64,000 nucleotides of DNA from Octopus vulgaris (taxonomy: Eukaryota): positions 41,416,001 to 41,480,000 of the forward strand of contig OX597815.1 in NCBI GenBank assembly GCA_951406725.2, in the 5' to 3' direction. This document shows positions 1-12,248 of this stretch, one piece after another (the stretch's first letter is position 1; the number at the start of each line of letters is the position of its first letter). The translations under genes and the position numbers were made by a program. The notes beneath the pieces were generated by a model. That model was not told the DNA's origin. It did no database searches and saw nothing but the letters and a program-made list of their open reading frames with translations.

Positions 1-714
1 TCTTTCTCTCTCTAGCTCGCGCGCGCACCCACGCAATCGTGTTTGTGTGTGTAGTTACACATGTGATGGTGGGTGGTGGATCTCTATTGTTGTAGGATTA
101 ATGAACTTCCATTCGTGAATCAAAGTGTGACTGAGCATTCCATAAACATTTACAACTTTATTATATTCCGTACGTTGAATCCGCATGGCCGAATGAGTAA
201 ATTACAGCTAGAGTACACTCAACAAGCTTCTATGCAGTTTGCACTTAACAATTACACACACATATGATAATACACGCATTTATGTCCCCTGACATTGGTT
301 ACCAGGCCAGGGTGAGGACCATCTTGTGTTCTATTTTGGTTTCTATAGCTACGTCTTTATCACTAATCACTTTCCAAAGTGTACTGGGTGCATTTTTCAT
401 GACACAAGGCCACATTTCTGCTTGCTTGTCCATCTCTTTACAGACTGAAAAGCCTGAATAATAGGCATCAGTAAGTGACGAAAGGGTTGTATAGTAGGTT
501 GAGTGATAGGGATATTCAGTATGAATATTCAACACCAAAAAGATGGAGGTCGCAAAATTTTATGTAACCCAGTTGTGGATCAACAACAGAGGCTATGAAT
601 ATGCTAGCAGATGTAGCATACACTCTAGTGAAATTCCTCTCTCCTTCATTTTATATGTAAACGAGCGTGCGAAGGAGAGGTGACGAGAATAGCTCCTTTA
701 GTACACCACATGGT

Positions 715-1577
715 CGATACAATAAAGGCGAAATGGATGAATGAGTATAAGTGCCAGAAGGAAAAGGGACACAAATGAGTAGAATGTTTAAGAGATTTTA
801 TTTATGTGTTAACGTGTGTGTATGCGTCATAAATACATATATACTAATAACAGTAGGCAGGCCGCCATGTATACATAATGTATATGTGTGTGCATAGCAT
901 GTAGAGTATTGAAAGAGTTTATAATGTTCAGACAAGGATAAATACCAGTTCGTAGTCAAAGTACACGATAGTTGAAGTGCTGTAACAAGAAGTTGTGGCA
1001 GCAATGCAGAGCCGATTGAGGCACATGTCCTGCTTGAAGCTGTGGCTACTATGCAGAGCTGGTTACTTGGTACAGAAATTCTCACAGGCTGTATTTGCTG
1101 CTAACCAAGATGAAGTAATTCACAGTGTTGAAATAGAACCTGTGCGAGTGTTGCTGGTTGATGTTACATAGAGAGATGATGTTGACGACATAAAGAAGAT
1201 GATGGAAGCGACGAAGAAGGAGATTGCCATATGCTCTTGGTCGAGTGTTGATGCGTCTCCATGTGGCTGCTGTTGTGTTGTCGCTGGAACTGGCTGTGTC
1301 CTGTGTGGTCAGTGGCTAGACCTTAAGAGGTCTGGAACTGAAAGACATTGACTCGATGTGTCAATGAAGTTTTATAGGGATAAGTCGGCGCAAACTGAGG
1401 TTTAGAGGAGACTGTGTTACGTGACCTTATCAGAAGGTTAGTTGGGATGCATATTAGCATGCAATAGAGCAAGAGACAAATGTGCGCCAACACCAACCAA
1501 TCAGAGTAGTGGACACAACAAGGTGCAAAAGGGCAGCCGAAGGCTACCTGTTATCTATTATGTCCGTATTTGTATAT
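715..1577 (-). repeat. LTR-like unit, left arm of a diverged head-to-head inverted pair
   Basis: Reverse complement aligns to 1620-2185 (aaccaatcagagtagtggacacaaca vs tgttgtgtccaccactctgattggtt). On the minus strand it has an inverted CCAAT box (ctgattggtt), TATAAAA and a downstream AATAAA. Confidence 0.6.
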
Positions 1578-1619
1578 ATATAAGAGAAATTTCCCTAAGC
1601 ATATACTCTCTCTCCATAT

Positions 1620-2240
1620 ATATATACATTTGAACATAGCAGATAACAGTTAACCTTTGGACGCTATTTGAACCCTGTTGTGTCCACCACTCTGATTGGT
1701 TGTTATTGGTGCAATTTGTCTCTTACTCTATCATGCCAATATGCAATCTAACAAATCGAAGTCCCTAAATAAGATCATGTGAGACAATCTGTTCTAAACT
1801 CCAATTGAGCCTACTATTACTTATAAAAACTCAACTTCTCCTTGTCTCAAAGTCTGTTGGTTCCAGACCTTCTAAGGTTTGACCACATGACATAGCCAGT
1901 TCCAGCGACGACGCCAAACAGCACCCATCCAACAGCATTACAGCAACCTCCATCTTCATCACCACCATCATATCTTTCACCAACGCTGTCAACATCTCTA
2001 TGTGCACAGCAACACTGCACAGGTTCTAACATAGTGCTGTTCGTGAACTACTTCACCATGGTTAATAGCAAAGATACAACCCACATAGACACATATGAAT
2101 ATATCAATGAATCTTTCATAAGCCTTCTACTCGGTTGTGTCTCTCTTTTCCAACTGGCACATTATATGTATTATTTCAGCCCTCTGATATGAGTCAATAT
2201 AGATGGTCACACTACAAGCACTACGGACCATTATCTATAA
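1620..2240 (+). repeat. LTR-like unit, right arm of the inverted pair
   Basis: ctgattggtt at ~1692, ttataaaaac at ~1821; homologous to the left arm up to ~2185; followed by tggtgacc at 2241. Confidence 0.55.
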
Positions 2241-2399
2241 TGGTGACCTTTACCATCTCTACAGATATAGGATGGTGACAGATACCAGGAGAGGGTGAAT
2301 GTAGATGAAGCTAGGTGCTAGTAGTCTGTAGTAGCCATTTACATATAGGCAAGAAAATGAGGCAATAGACTTGAGTGGTGAAAAAAAAATTTGAGTGAG

Positions 2400-2680
2400 G
2401 TTGTTTCCAGTGCCGCTGGACTGGCTCCTGTGCAGGTGGCACATAAAAAACACCATTTGAGCATGGCTGTTGCCAGTACCGCCTGACTGGCCCTTGTGCC
2501 GGTGGCACGTAAAAGCACCCACTACACTCTCGGAGTGGTTGGTGTTAGGAAGGGCATCCAGCTGTAGAAACTCTGCCAGGTCAAGATTGGAGCCTGGTGC
2601 AGCCATCTGGTTTGCGAGTCCTCAGTCAAATCGTCCAACCCATGATAGCATCGAAAGCGGATGTTGAACGATGATGATGA
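2400..2680 (+). mobile_element. 5'-truncated RTE LINE 3' end (or RTE-dependent SINE) with (GAT)n tail
   Basis: Ends gtccaacccatgatagcatcgaaagcggatgttgaacgatgatgatg, matching the 3' end of the RT-encoding copy at 23370-23455; internal tandem units with gccggtggcacgtaaaagcac. Confidence 0.85.
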
Positions 2681-2939
2681 TATATATATATATATGTACA
2701 CACACATGCACACATATATAATTTACAATCAAATAATTTATTTATATAACATAATATAATTTAAGATAACAAACAAATATTAAAAAAACCAAATTCGCAA
2801 ACAGTTTGTTTCAACTTATATACATATTTTTGATATATAAACAATTCAGCTCCTTTATATAAGTTCCATCAGAGCCAATGATTTGAAAATACACGAAATT
2901 CTGTGTGAAGGGACAAGTGGATTGTAGCCATCCTTTCAC

Positions 2940-3335
2940 GCGGAATTTCATCTATCTTCAAACCATTAGCTCTCATGAGACTTACATAAGGGAAAGAGAG
3001 ACAGTTGAAGAAAGGGAAGCATACCAAGAAATTAACAGATTGTGCACTACAAAAGCCAGAGCATCTCAAAGTGATAGAGGTATGCATGGCTGACAAGGAA
3101 TAGGATCTCCACTGCAGAATGAAGAGCAGTTGCAACAGCTTTGAGAAGCAGCTTTCAATTCTGATCCAGCAATTCAATATGCAGATGACACTAGTTTCCA
3201 TTGGTGCAATGACAACTGGTTGCATACATTATAAAGCAATGGCCTAGAGAGACACCAGCACTTTGCTGCAGTAGTGAAAAGGTTAAACTCCCTGCAATTC
3301 TCCAACCTTCAGAGCCATTAAAAAAAACTGTTGTT
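2940..3335 (+). mobile_element. Decayed Helitron RepHel N-terminal fragment
   Basis: Frameshifted translation AAFNSDPAIQYADD / VSIGAMTTGCIHYKA / WPRETPALCCSSEKVKLPAILQPSEPLKK matches the recalled Helitron motif IGxMxxxCxxCxAxxWxxExxxxCCxxGKVxLP. Confidence 0.75.
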
Positions 3336-3544
3336 ATCAACTGAACAAGATTCCAAGCATTTTCAAAACAAAATTGTATATATGTATGTGTGTATATATA
3401 TGTGCGTGTGTATATATGTATGTATATATACATGTAGTCAATCCAAACATGAACAAGCAAGAAAAAACAACAATGCGAGGATGTGGAATAAGTACAGTGT
3501 TATTGGATGCTCAGGAAAGGAAAGAAGATTTCACGTTTTCAATA

Positions 3545-3697
3545 TGCATATATAAATATATGTATATACATGTGTGTATATATGTATATATATATATACA
3601 TTTATGTATGTTTATGTACATATATATATACATTTATGTATGTTTATGTACATATATATATACATTTATGTGTATATATATATATATACACACACAC

Positions 3698-3746
<49 letters not shown>
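3545..3746. repeat. (TA)n/(TG)n compound microsatellite
   Basis: Direct inspection. Confidence 0.95.
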
Positions 3747-3917
3747 CTATAGATGAAAATATCGTTATAGGTATAAATATACCATAAACAAGTATAAAAA
3801 AAATAGAGGAGAAAAAGATGCTGAATCAAAATTAGATTTAATACAAAATTGGATTCAGTACATATGCACGTTCCAAAGGATAATACAAATATGTAAGAAA
3901 AAGATTATAATCATCAG

Positions 3918-6113
3918 GTGGTACTGTCATTGGCCATGTCAGCGATTTTGATTTCACTTGCCTCAATAGGTCTTTGCAAGCAAAGTTTATTGTCCAATGA
4001 GTGAAGGGTATTCATAAGTGGGCTGGTTACACCCACTGGCATAGGCCATGGGCTATGGTTTCACTTGGCTTGCCTGGTCTTCTAAAGCACAGCATATCTC
4101 CAAAGGTCTTGGTCACTAGTCATTGCCTCGGTAAGGCCCAGTGTTCGAAGGTTGTGCTTCACCACCTCATCCCAAGTTTTCCTGGGTCTACCTCTTCCAC
4201 AGGTTCTCTCAACTGCTAGAGTGTGATGCTTTTTCACACAGCTGTCCTCATTCATTCGCAATACATGACCATACCAGCACAGTCGTCTCTCTTGCACACC
4301 ACATCTGATGCTTCTTAAATCTAACTTTTCTCTCGGGGTGCTTATACTCTGTCTTGTGTGCACACTGACATTACACATCCAGCGGAGCATACTGGCTTCA
4401 TTCCTTGCAAGCTTACACATGTCCTCAGCAGTCACGGCCCATGTTTCACTGCCATATAACATGGCTGTTTGGGCACATGTGTCATACAGTTCACCTTTTA
4501 CTCTAAGCGAGAGGCCCTTTGTTACCAGCAGAGGTAGGAGCTCTCTGCACTTTACCTAGGCTATTCTTATTCTAGTAGCTACACTTTCAGAGCATCCACC
4601 CCCGCGACTGACTTGGTCACCTAGGTAATGGAAGCTATCAACTACTTCTAGTTTTTCTCCCTGGAATATGACAGAAGCTGTTCTCTGTACATTTTCAGTG
4701 CTTATAGCACCTGAGCATTTGCCACAACAAAACCTATCTTCCCAGTTAGCCTTCCTTTGATATTGCTCTTATGTATCCATAGCTTACACTGGGTACATCT
4801 TATAGAGTTTCTACCTACGCCTTTTCTACAGATCGAGCAGGGCCATCTACCTGAAGGGATTTGTGGGTTGTCTGCCTTCCTTCTTATTAAGACTTTGGTT
4901 TTAGCTAGGTCGACTCTAAGGCCCTTTGATTGTAATCCTTGGTTCCACACCTGAGACTTTTCCTCTAGTTCTGATAGTGACTCAGCAATTAGAGCAAGAT
5001 CATCAGCATAGAGGAGCTCCCAGGGGCATCCTATCTTGAATTTCTCTGTTATAGCCTGGAAGACTATGTTGAATAAGAGGGAGTTGAGGACTGATCCTTG
5101 GTGGACCCCTACCCCTACTCGGAATTCTTCACTGTACACGTTGCCAACCCCTCACCTTACTGACAGCATCCCTGTACATGGCTTGTACAGCTTTCACTAA
5201 CCATTCATCTATCCCTAGTTTCCTCATTGACCACCAGATAAGGGATCGGGGGACCCTGTCAAAAGCTTTCTCCATGTCATTGAAAGCCAGGTACATAGGT
5301 TTATCTTTGGCTAAGTATTTTTCTTGCAACTGCCTTACTGGAAATACAGCATCAGTGGTGCTTTTCCCTGGCACGAACCCAAACTGCATCTCATCTAGAC
5401 TGACTCTCTCCCTAAGTAGTTGGGCTATGATCCTCTCCGTGACCTTCATTACCTGATCCAGCAACTTGATATCAATGTAATTATTTATACCTAAAGCGTC
5501 ACCTTTACTTTTGTAGCAGTTGACTATGGTGCTGCTACACCAGTCATTGGGTATGACTACTTCATGTACCCTTTGTTGGGTTGGCATTTGGCAGACTCTT
5601 TCTCCCATTCATTCTCTTTATTTAGCAACCTTTCATAGTGGCGTCTCCAAACCTCTCTCTTTGCAGCCTTGTTTAATGCAAGTAAACTATCATCCATGCG
5701 GACACATTTCTCTCCTACGACATCATGATTCTCTCTCACACACTGTCTTACAACATGAAATAACTCAAGTCTTTGGTCCTCAAGGCACAGAACATTGGCA
5801 ATTTTTTTCTTATCTGCTTCCCCTTTGGCTAAAGAAACCTGTCTCCTAGCTTCCCTTCCGGCAGTCTGATACAGTTCCCTGCTACCACTGTTATTCCAGT
5901 CCTTCCAAGCATGTTTCTTTTCCCTAATAGCCCTGTCAACAATATTGTTCCACCACCACGTTACCTTGGGTCAAGAGGGGTCTTCGCGCTATCCACAGAT
6001 CTGATCAGTGGCCCTCAGCAAGTTGTCCCATAGAAACCACCAGTTGTCTTCCACATCATGTGATGCTATATCCCCCTCTATTTCGTCAAAGGCTTCAAGT
6101 AATACGTCTCTAA
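3918..6113 (-). mobile_element. RTE-clade non-LTR retrotransposon, 5'-truncated RT pseudogene
   Basis: ORFs 5129-5608, 4702-5139 and 4082-4462 carry QFGFVPGKSTTDAVF, DMEKAFDRVPR, GVHQGSVL, LLYADDLAL, LYGSETW, WYGHVLRM and GRGRPRKTW; frameshifts and an internal deletion near 5570. Confidence 0.95.
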
Positions 6114-6385
6114 AGAAGAAAAAAAATCAACTGAAGTGGTACATTCTGCACCAAAATGACTTTTCTTCCTTTACAAACATTGAGTTTTCATCTTTTCTAA
6201 TTCCTGGTACAAAAACTTTCTTCACGAGATTTTCTATCAGCACTGATTTCCTCGACAAAGACCCTTCAACATAGAAGGATGATCCCAGTTACAAAAATGA
6301 ACTTGAAAAAAACTTGAGAAGACAGTTGTTGTAAATGATGTTGCAGAATGAGGTGTCAAACTCATTCAGAATTACAATAGCATTA
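6114..6385 (+). mobile_element. hAT-superfamily (hATm-like) transposase C-terminal remnant
   Basis: Translation TDFLDKDPST*KDDPSYKNE / VVVNDVAE*GVKLIQNYNSI matches recalled FLxxDPxxW...VVNDxAERGVKL; stops are consistent with TGG>TAG and CGA>TGA. Confidence 0.7.
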
Positions 6386-6395
6386 TACAATATAT

Positions 6396-6440
<45 letters not shown>

Positions 6441-6441
<1 letters not shown>

Positions 6442-6845
6442 CATCATCGTTTAACGTCTGTTTTCCATGCGGGCATGGGTTGGACGGTTTAACTGAGGTC
6501 TGGAGAGCCAGCAGCTGCACCAGGCTCCAATCTGATCTGGCAATATTTCTACAGCTGGTTGCCCTTCCTAACACCAACCACTCTGAGAGTGTAGTGGGTG
6601 CTCTTTACATGCCACCAATGCAGGAGCCAGTGAGGAGGGCCTGGCATCGATCACATTCGGATAGTGCTTGTTACATGCCACCAGCACGGAAGCCAGTCAG
6701 TGGGTACTGGTATCAACCATGTTCAGTTGATGCATTTTGCATGCCACCAGAACAGGAGCCAGTCACAGGGCACTGGCCACAGCTACGATTTTTGGTTTTA
6801 CTTGACTCAACAGGTCTTCTCAAGCATATCATATCGCCCGACACA
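6441..6845 (-). mobile_element. RTE LINE 3' end with tandem ~55-60 bp units
   Basis: catcatcgtttaacgtctgttttccatgcgggcatgggttggacgg tail; the far end (ggtcttctcaagca) matches the RTE ORF end at 4076-4090. Confidence 0.85.
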
Positions 6846-7142
6846 TCAAGGGGACTCTTAAATGGGCCAGACATGCTAATGTGTACAATTATTTGATACA
6901 AAGAATTAATCACCGGAAACAATGCCAAATTAAAAATCTGTAGGTGTACATTTTTTTCGTCTGTTCACATACAAGTGATTATCAAAATTTTGCAGGAGTG
7001 TTTTGGACTACTTTCTATGAAAACCAATGCTAATCTACATTTTCTAAGTAGTGATTTTTGCTGAAAAATTTATTGGTTTGTATTGGACTATTTTTCTGTT
7101 TTGATGAAGTTTCTTAAATGCTATGTTTGGGTTGCAGTTTAA

Positions 7143-7355
7143 CCATTTAGCAATCAGATTACTCTGTCAAATGTAGTGGTTACTATTTCACATTGTTTTG
7201 AATTATTCATGCACTATCTTCTAGTTTTGAGATTTTGGTCATGCGATTATTTTTAGAATGACATTCTAGAGTATGTGTGAGAGGTGGTGACAGGCTTGTT
7301 TTGAACTTAAAACAGGATATTTGGGCCTGGTATGACCACTTTAGATACTAAAGGT
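7143..7355 (+). mobile_element. piggyBac-type TTAA MITE, degenerate
   Basis: ttaa-ccatttagca...tactaaagg termini; internal homology to 9911-10131. Confidence 0.7.
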
Positions 7356-7954
7356 TTTTAATTATTTTTGAATTATTAAATTGGCTTGAAATTTTGACTG
7401 TTCACCTAAGGAAATAGATAGAACAATCTTTGAATGATTTGCATTTACTTACCTGCTTTTCATCAAATATTTTATTTATTCGGCTCCAACATAATGCTTT
7501 GTCTAGATTTTTCCAAAAATTTAAATTGCTTAATTATATTAGAGTTCTCTCCCTTAGGATTTTTTTTAGATTTTAATTGTGGTTGTTTATTTATATTCAT
7601 GGACTTTTTGTTGTGATTTGTTGAAGCTTTTAAATGGATCTACTACATTATATTAATTTTCAGACACAGCCAAATTTCAGAGGATGATGGTATAGATTTT
7701 ATCATTTATACAATATAACTGGTACTTTTAATCACAAATTAGGAGAAGCAATATAATTAACATGGTGTGAAAAGTAAAAAAAAAACCAAGTTGTTAAATG
7801 ATACAATAAACACCAATTGTGAATGTCCTGGTAGAATAAAGCCATAGTTGGATATCTGGATTAATGATAAGACAAGCTCTAGTTAGAAACATTCAATGTT
7901 CTTTCAGCTATAATTTCATATTATTGGTGACTTATATATGTATATGGATATCCT

Positions 7955-8230
7955 TGGGCCAACCAGAGCTTTGTTAGTGGATTTGGTAGACCGGAAACTG
8001 AAAGAAGCATATATATCAGTGTGTATGTCTTTGTGTTTGTCCCCCCCACCTCATCACTGCTTGACAACCAGTGTTGGTGTGTTTACGTCGCCATAACCTA
8101 GCAGTTCAGCAAAAGTAGCTGATATAATTACTAGGTTTTCTGGGGTCGATCTGTTTGGTTTTAAACTCTACAAGGTAATACTCCAGCTTGACTACAGTCC
8201 AATGAGAGAAATAAGTAAAAGAATAAAGGA
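7955..8230 (+). mobile_element. SINE family D, 3' part
   Basis: gtggatttggtagaccggaaactgaaagaag core shared with 17630, 35190 and 57040. Confidence 0.75.
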
Positions 8231-8235
8231 ATATA

Positions 8236-8630
8236 TCATCATCATCATCATCGTTTAGCGTCCGCTTTCCATGCTAGCATGGGTTGGACGGTTCAACTGG
8301 GGTCTGGGAAGCTAGAAGGCTGCACCAAGCCCAGTGTGATCTGGCAGTGTTTCTACGGCTGGATGCCCTTCCTAACGCCAACCACTCCGTGAGTGTAGTG
8401 GGTGCTTTTTACGTACCACCGGCACAGGTGCCAGACGAGGCTGGCAAATGGCCACGATCGGATGGTGCTTTTTACGTGCCACCGGCACAGAGGCCAGGTG
8501 AGGCTGGCAACGGCCACGATCGGATGGTGCTTTTTACGTGCCACCGGCATGGAGGCCAGTCGGGGCGGCGCTGGCAACGGCCAACATTCGGATGGTTCTC
8601 TTACGTGCCACTGGCACTGGTATCACAGCT
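8236..8630 (-). mobile_element. RTE LINE 3' end with ~62-bp tandem units
   Basis: (atc)n tail plus repeated gtgctttttacgtgccaccggcac units. Confidence 0.9.
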
Positions 8631-8959
8631 ACAATTTCCATTGATGTTGATCAATTTCGAATTTGATATAGGTTGATCGATAATTTAAACTGGTTATTAT
8701 AACAATTACTTAACAACTTATTTAATAGTGTTTTCTATCTTCTCCTATGCATATAGCTTCCAATTTCTGACGTCAACGGTCCTTTGTAAATAGAAATTAT
8801 CATTTTAGTGGAGATTGGCCTTGCAGTGCACTATTTCTTTACTAGTATTATTAGTAACGAAATGACAAGTGAAATAAATTACAAGGTGGAGGGAACACCG
8901 CAAGCTGAAAATCTGATCTAAATTTATTTATATGCTTCACATGCATATACTAGTGTGTA

Positions 8960-9345
8960 TTTGTGAAGCTGTGACTGCAGAGAACATACAAAAGCCTGAA
9001 AAAAATTAAGCTAGCATGCTTCACTGGATGTGTAGTATCAGGTTGAATGTAAGGTAAAGTGTAAATGTATTGAAAGAAAGATTGGGTATGAGAGGCATCA
9101 GATGTAGTGTGCAAGAGAGAAGCTGTGTTGGTTTGGTCGTGTGATGTATATGAATGAAGACTGCTGTATGAAGAAGGGTCAATCTCTAAATGTGGAGGAA
9201 GACTATGAAAGAGGAAGATGTAGGAAGACATGGGAAGAAGCTGTGAAAAATGATATTCAGATCCTGAGCCTTACATAGATGACAAAGGATGGAGATGATT
9301 GGCAATTTGCTGTGCTTGAGAAGAGCTGTCCAACTAGATAAAACC
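8960..9345 (+). mobile_element. Old RTE ORF C-terminal remnant
   Basis: Nucleotide homology to the reverse complement of 4080-4450 (gctagcatgcttcactggatgtg; gctgtgcttgagaaga). Confidence 0.75.
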
Positions 9346-9910
9346 AAGACCATGATGACATGTTGTTTATGTCCAAGCCCCTGTGCACAATCTGTCCCTG
9401 GCAAACATCTCCCACACACACACATACCTGGGTTCACTACTCACTCTAGTCCCTTCCCCTCACTCTTCCTTCATACCCTCACAAACCTACTTGCATATAA
9501 TGTTTCCCTGTTGAATCTCTTCCAGTTCACTCATATTTATGAGGTTGCCTTATTTTCTGCAAGACTAACACATCATTTCTGCTCTCCTTAGTCTCTGTAC
9601 TTTTGCTGCAAACATGTTTGTGCATAAAGAAAAAGGGAACAATGACCATGATAGTGAAAAAGAAGTGTGAATGTGATGGTGGTGAAGCAGTGATAGGATG
9701 GTAGATGGAGAGAGACAGTGATGGCTACATAGTCGAAATTGATTGGAGATTGAATAGAAAACAGCATCAGCAGCATACAGAGATAAGAATAAAGATATCA
9801 TGGTAAGAAAGCAAGTATTGTAAACTATAGCAACAGGCAGTGTGTGATGGTAAATTGGTGGTAGATGTTAATCAGTTAAGTTATATAAAGGGGGAGAGAA
9901 CGGACCTTAA

Positions 9911-10131
9911 CCCCTTAGCATTCAGAATACTCTCTCAAATGCAATGTTTGTTTATTCACATTGTTCTAAATTAACCATGTATTATTTCATAGCTTTGAGA
10001 TTTCGGTGATGTTTATTACTTATTTTTAAAATGACATTGTGGAATAAGTGCGATAAGTTGGATCTGGTAAGTTTAAACATAAAATAGGTAAAATATTTCA
10101 GCTTGATATGGCCTGTTCAAATGCTAAAGGG
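9911..10131 (+). mobile_element. piggyBac-type MITE, 221 bp, TTAA TSD
   Basis: TTAA|CCCCTTAGCATT...AATGCTAAAGGG|TTAA. Confidence 0.9.
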
Positions 10132-10261
10132 TTAAAGGTGTCGGTACTGAAAATGGACAGGGTTATCATGGAAGAGAGTGAGAGGGTTGGGAGGATAGAT
10201 ACAATCAAATTGGTGATGGACGAATAGACAGATCAAATGCCCTCTGTTGAGGGTATACTAT

Positions 10262-10568
10262 GTGAAGGCACATGACTCAGTAGTTAGAGCATCGGACTCA
10301 CAAGCATGAGGTAGTGAGTTCAATTCCCAGACTGGGCTGTGTTGTGTTCCTGAGCAAGACCCTTTATTTCATGTTGCTCCAGTTTACTCAGCTGTAGAAA
10401 TGAGTTGTGATGTTGCTGGCACCAACCTGTATCGACCTTTGCTTTTCCCTTGGATGACATCAATGGTATGGAAAGGGGATTCTGGTATGCTTGGCAAATT
10501 CCATAAACAACCTTGGAGGGGAACTTTCAAAGAGCAATCCTATGGTCATTCATGACCGAAGGGGATCC
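10262..10568 (+). mobile_element. tRNA-derived CORE-like SINE (family C)
   Basis: A/B-box head (tgactcagtagttagag, gagttcaattcc), then ctgagcaagac...cagtttactcagctgtagaaatgag; homologous to 20987-21320 and 55497-55822. Confidence 0.85.
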
Positions 10569-10636
10569 TCCTCAGTGTGCTAAATAGGACAGGGTTAAGG
10601 AAGGAACAAGACAATAAATGGAGTCTTCCCATTTGT

Positions 10637-10940
10637 GGAAGGCACATGGCCTAGTGGTTAGAGCAGCGGACTTGCGGTTGAGGAATCGCAGGTTCGAATC
10701 TCAGACTGGGCGATGTGTGTGTTTATGAGCGAAAAACACCTAAGCTCCACGCGGCCTCCGGCAGAAGGTAATGGTGAACTTCTGCTGACTCTTTCATCAC
10801 AACTTTCTCTCACTCTTTCCTCCTGCATCTTGCAGCTCACCTGCGACGGACTGGTGTCCCATCCAGGTGGGGAACCTATATGCCAAGGTAACCGGGAAAC
10901 TGGCCCTTATGAGCCAGGCGTGGCTCAAGAAGGAACAAAC
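10637..10940 (+). mobile_element. tRNA-derived SINE (family A)
   Basis: tggcctagtggttagagc A box, ggttcgaatct B box, tail cctgcgacggactggtgtcccatccagg. Confidence 0.85.
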
Positions 10941-12043
10941 CAAATTCTATTTCACCACTGTTATTTTAATGACTACTCTACTGTATTGGCACCAGTGGGC
11001 AGGTGTTCTCTAGCATCATGGGTTGCCACTCATTACAGTTCTACATAAGTAAAGCCTCACCTAGAATGTTTTAACTTTGTCAAAGTTAGTGGGATTAACT
11101 AGGGTAATCATTATGGTTATAGAGTCTAGTTTCTTATCTACTTACCATAATTTACAAAACTATTTTCAAGAACATATCATTTATGCCTGCAGTGACCTAT
11201 ATATCCTCAACAACGACAAATTCAGAAAAATAATGCTGAATTGAGAAATCAGTTTTGGTTAATTTATGTCTATTACTGAATGTGGGCAAGGACTAGCCTC
11301 TTTGAATTCACAAGTCCGCCATATCTATTCACTGTAATTTGCTCCGATAAGGTACTAAACACTTTATAGCAGCTCCATCTACCTAGAAACAAGAAGTTGG
11401 TAGGCACCCAATGAACAGGAAGTTGAATAGTAATTTGGTGGCTTGGTGCCAAGATCAACTCTTCTCATGAAAATGAATGAACTTGATATACAAGAAATAT
11501 AATCTAATGAAATGAACATGTTTCCTTGATTCAACTGAAAATTGTTGTCCTCTCAAACTTATGCATAACTGAAAAAAAATATTTTTCTCATGCAGAAATA
11601 GAAATCTATAACGGTAGCAGCATAAACGAATGAAAAATAAAACTTATGGTTGACTTTCTTCAGAAATTCAGATGTTGAAGGTGTTTACAACACCAAATTG
11701 TACTTTAAGCAGTTCAGAATAATTAACCATTTTTATTTTGAAATAAAATATCTACTGAAATTTAATGAGTAAAAACAAAAACAAAAAAAACCCTTTTGCA
11801 AATTTCTTAATATTCTTGTGTATTGATATAATTAGTAGTGGTTCTGTACTTGCACTCGAATATGATTAAAAGAGAAATGGTGAAGTATTCATATGAAAAG
11901 TTGCTTAATAAAAAATGAGATTTAGTGTGATTTGAAAAAAAAAAAAAAAAAAGCAATTTATGACCAGTAATATTGGAATTTAGGGATAAATAATCAGGTA
12001 CTAAAAGCATCAAGTTACTTTGAAGTGAGATGGTACTCTAGGC

Positions 12044-12248
12044 CAGTGCTCTGCACTGGTATGCTGCGGCACACTGGTGTGCCACAAGATGATGCTAGGT
12101 GTGCCACAAGACAATGCTAGATGTGCAACAGTGTGATCTGAATATAATTTTTTCCCAATACTTTTAGCTATACTTTTAGTTGAGGTGTGCCACCAAATTT
12201 TAAAAGAATGTAAGTATACAGCAAGTGAAAAAAGGTTGCAGAGCAATG
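12044..12248. mobile_element. hAT (Charlie-type) MITE with 8-bp TSD
   Basis: TIRs CAGTGCTCTGCA / TGCAGAGCAATG; TSD CTCTAGGC at 12036-12043 and 12249-12256; internal gtgtgccac repeats. Confidence 0.9.

Noticed and set aside
3855-3927. Minus-strand CTGATGA...GGAAC with CAGTAC/GTACTG arms
   Set aside because: GAAA is absent, stem II is poor, and the 5' arm comes from the RTE UTR junction.
8395-8625. Repeat-spacer pattern resembling a CRISPR array
   Set aside because: Spacers are homologous to one another, the unit is part of the RTE 3' UTR, the context is eukaryotic and there are no cas genes.
10637-10712. tRNA-like heads (also 21245-21320, 10262, 61667)
   Set aside because: They continue into SINE bodies and lack a proper acceptor stem and terminator, so they are not tRNA genes.
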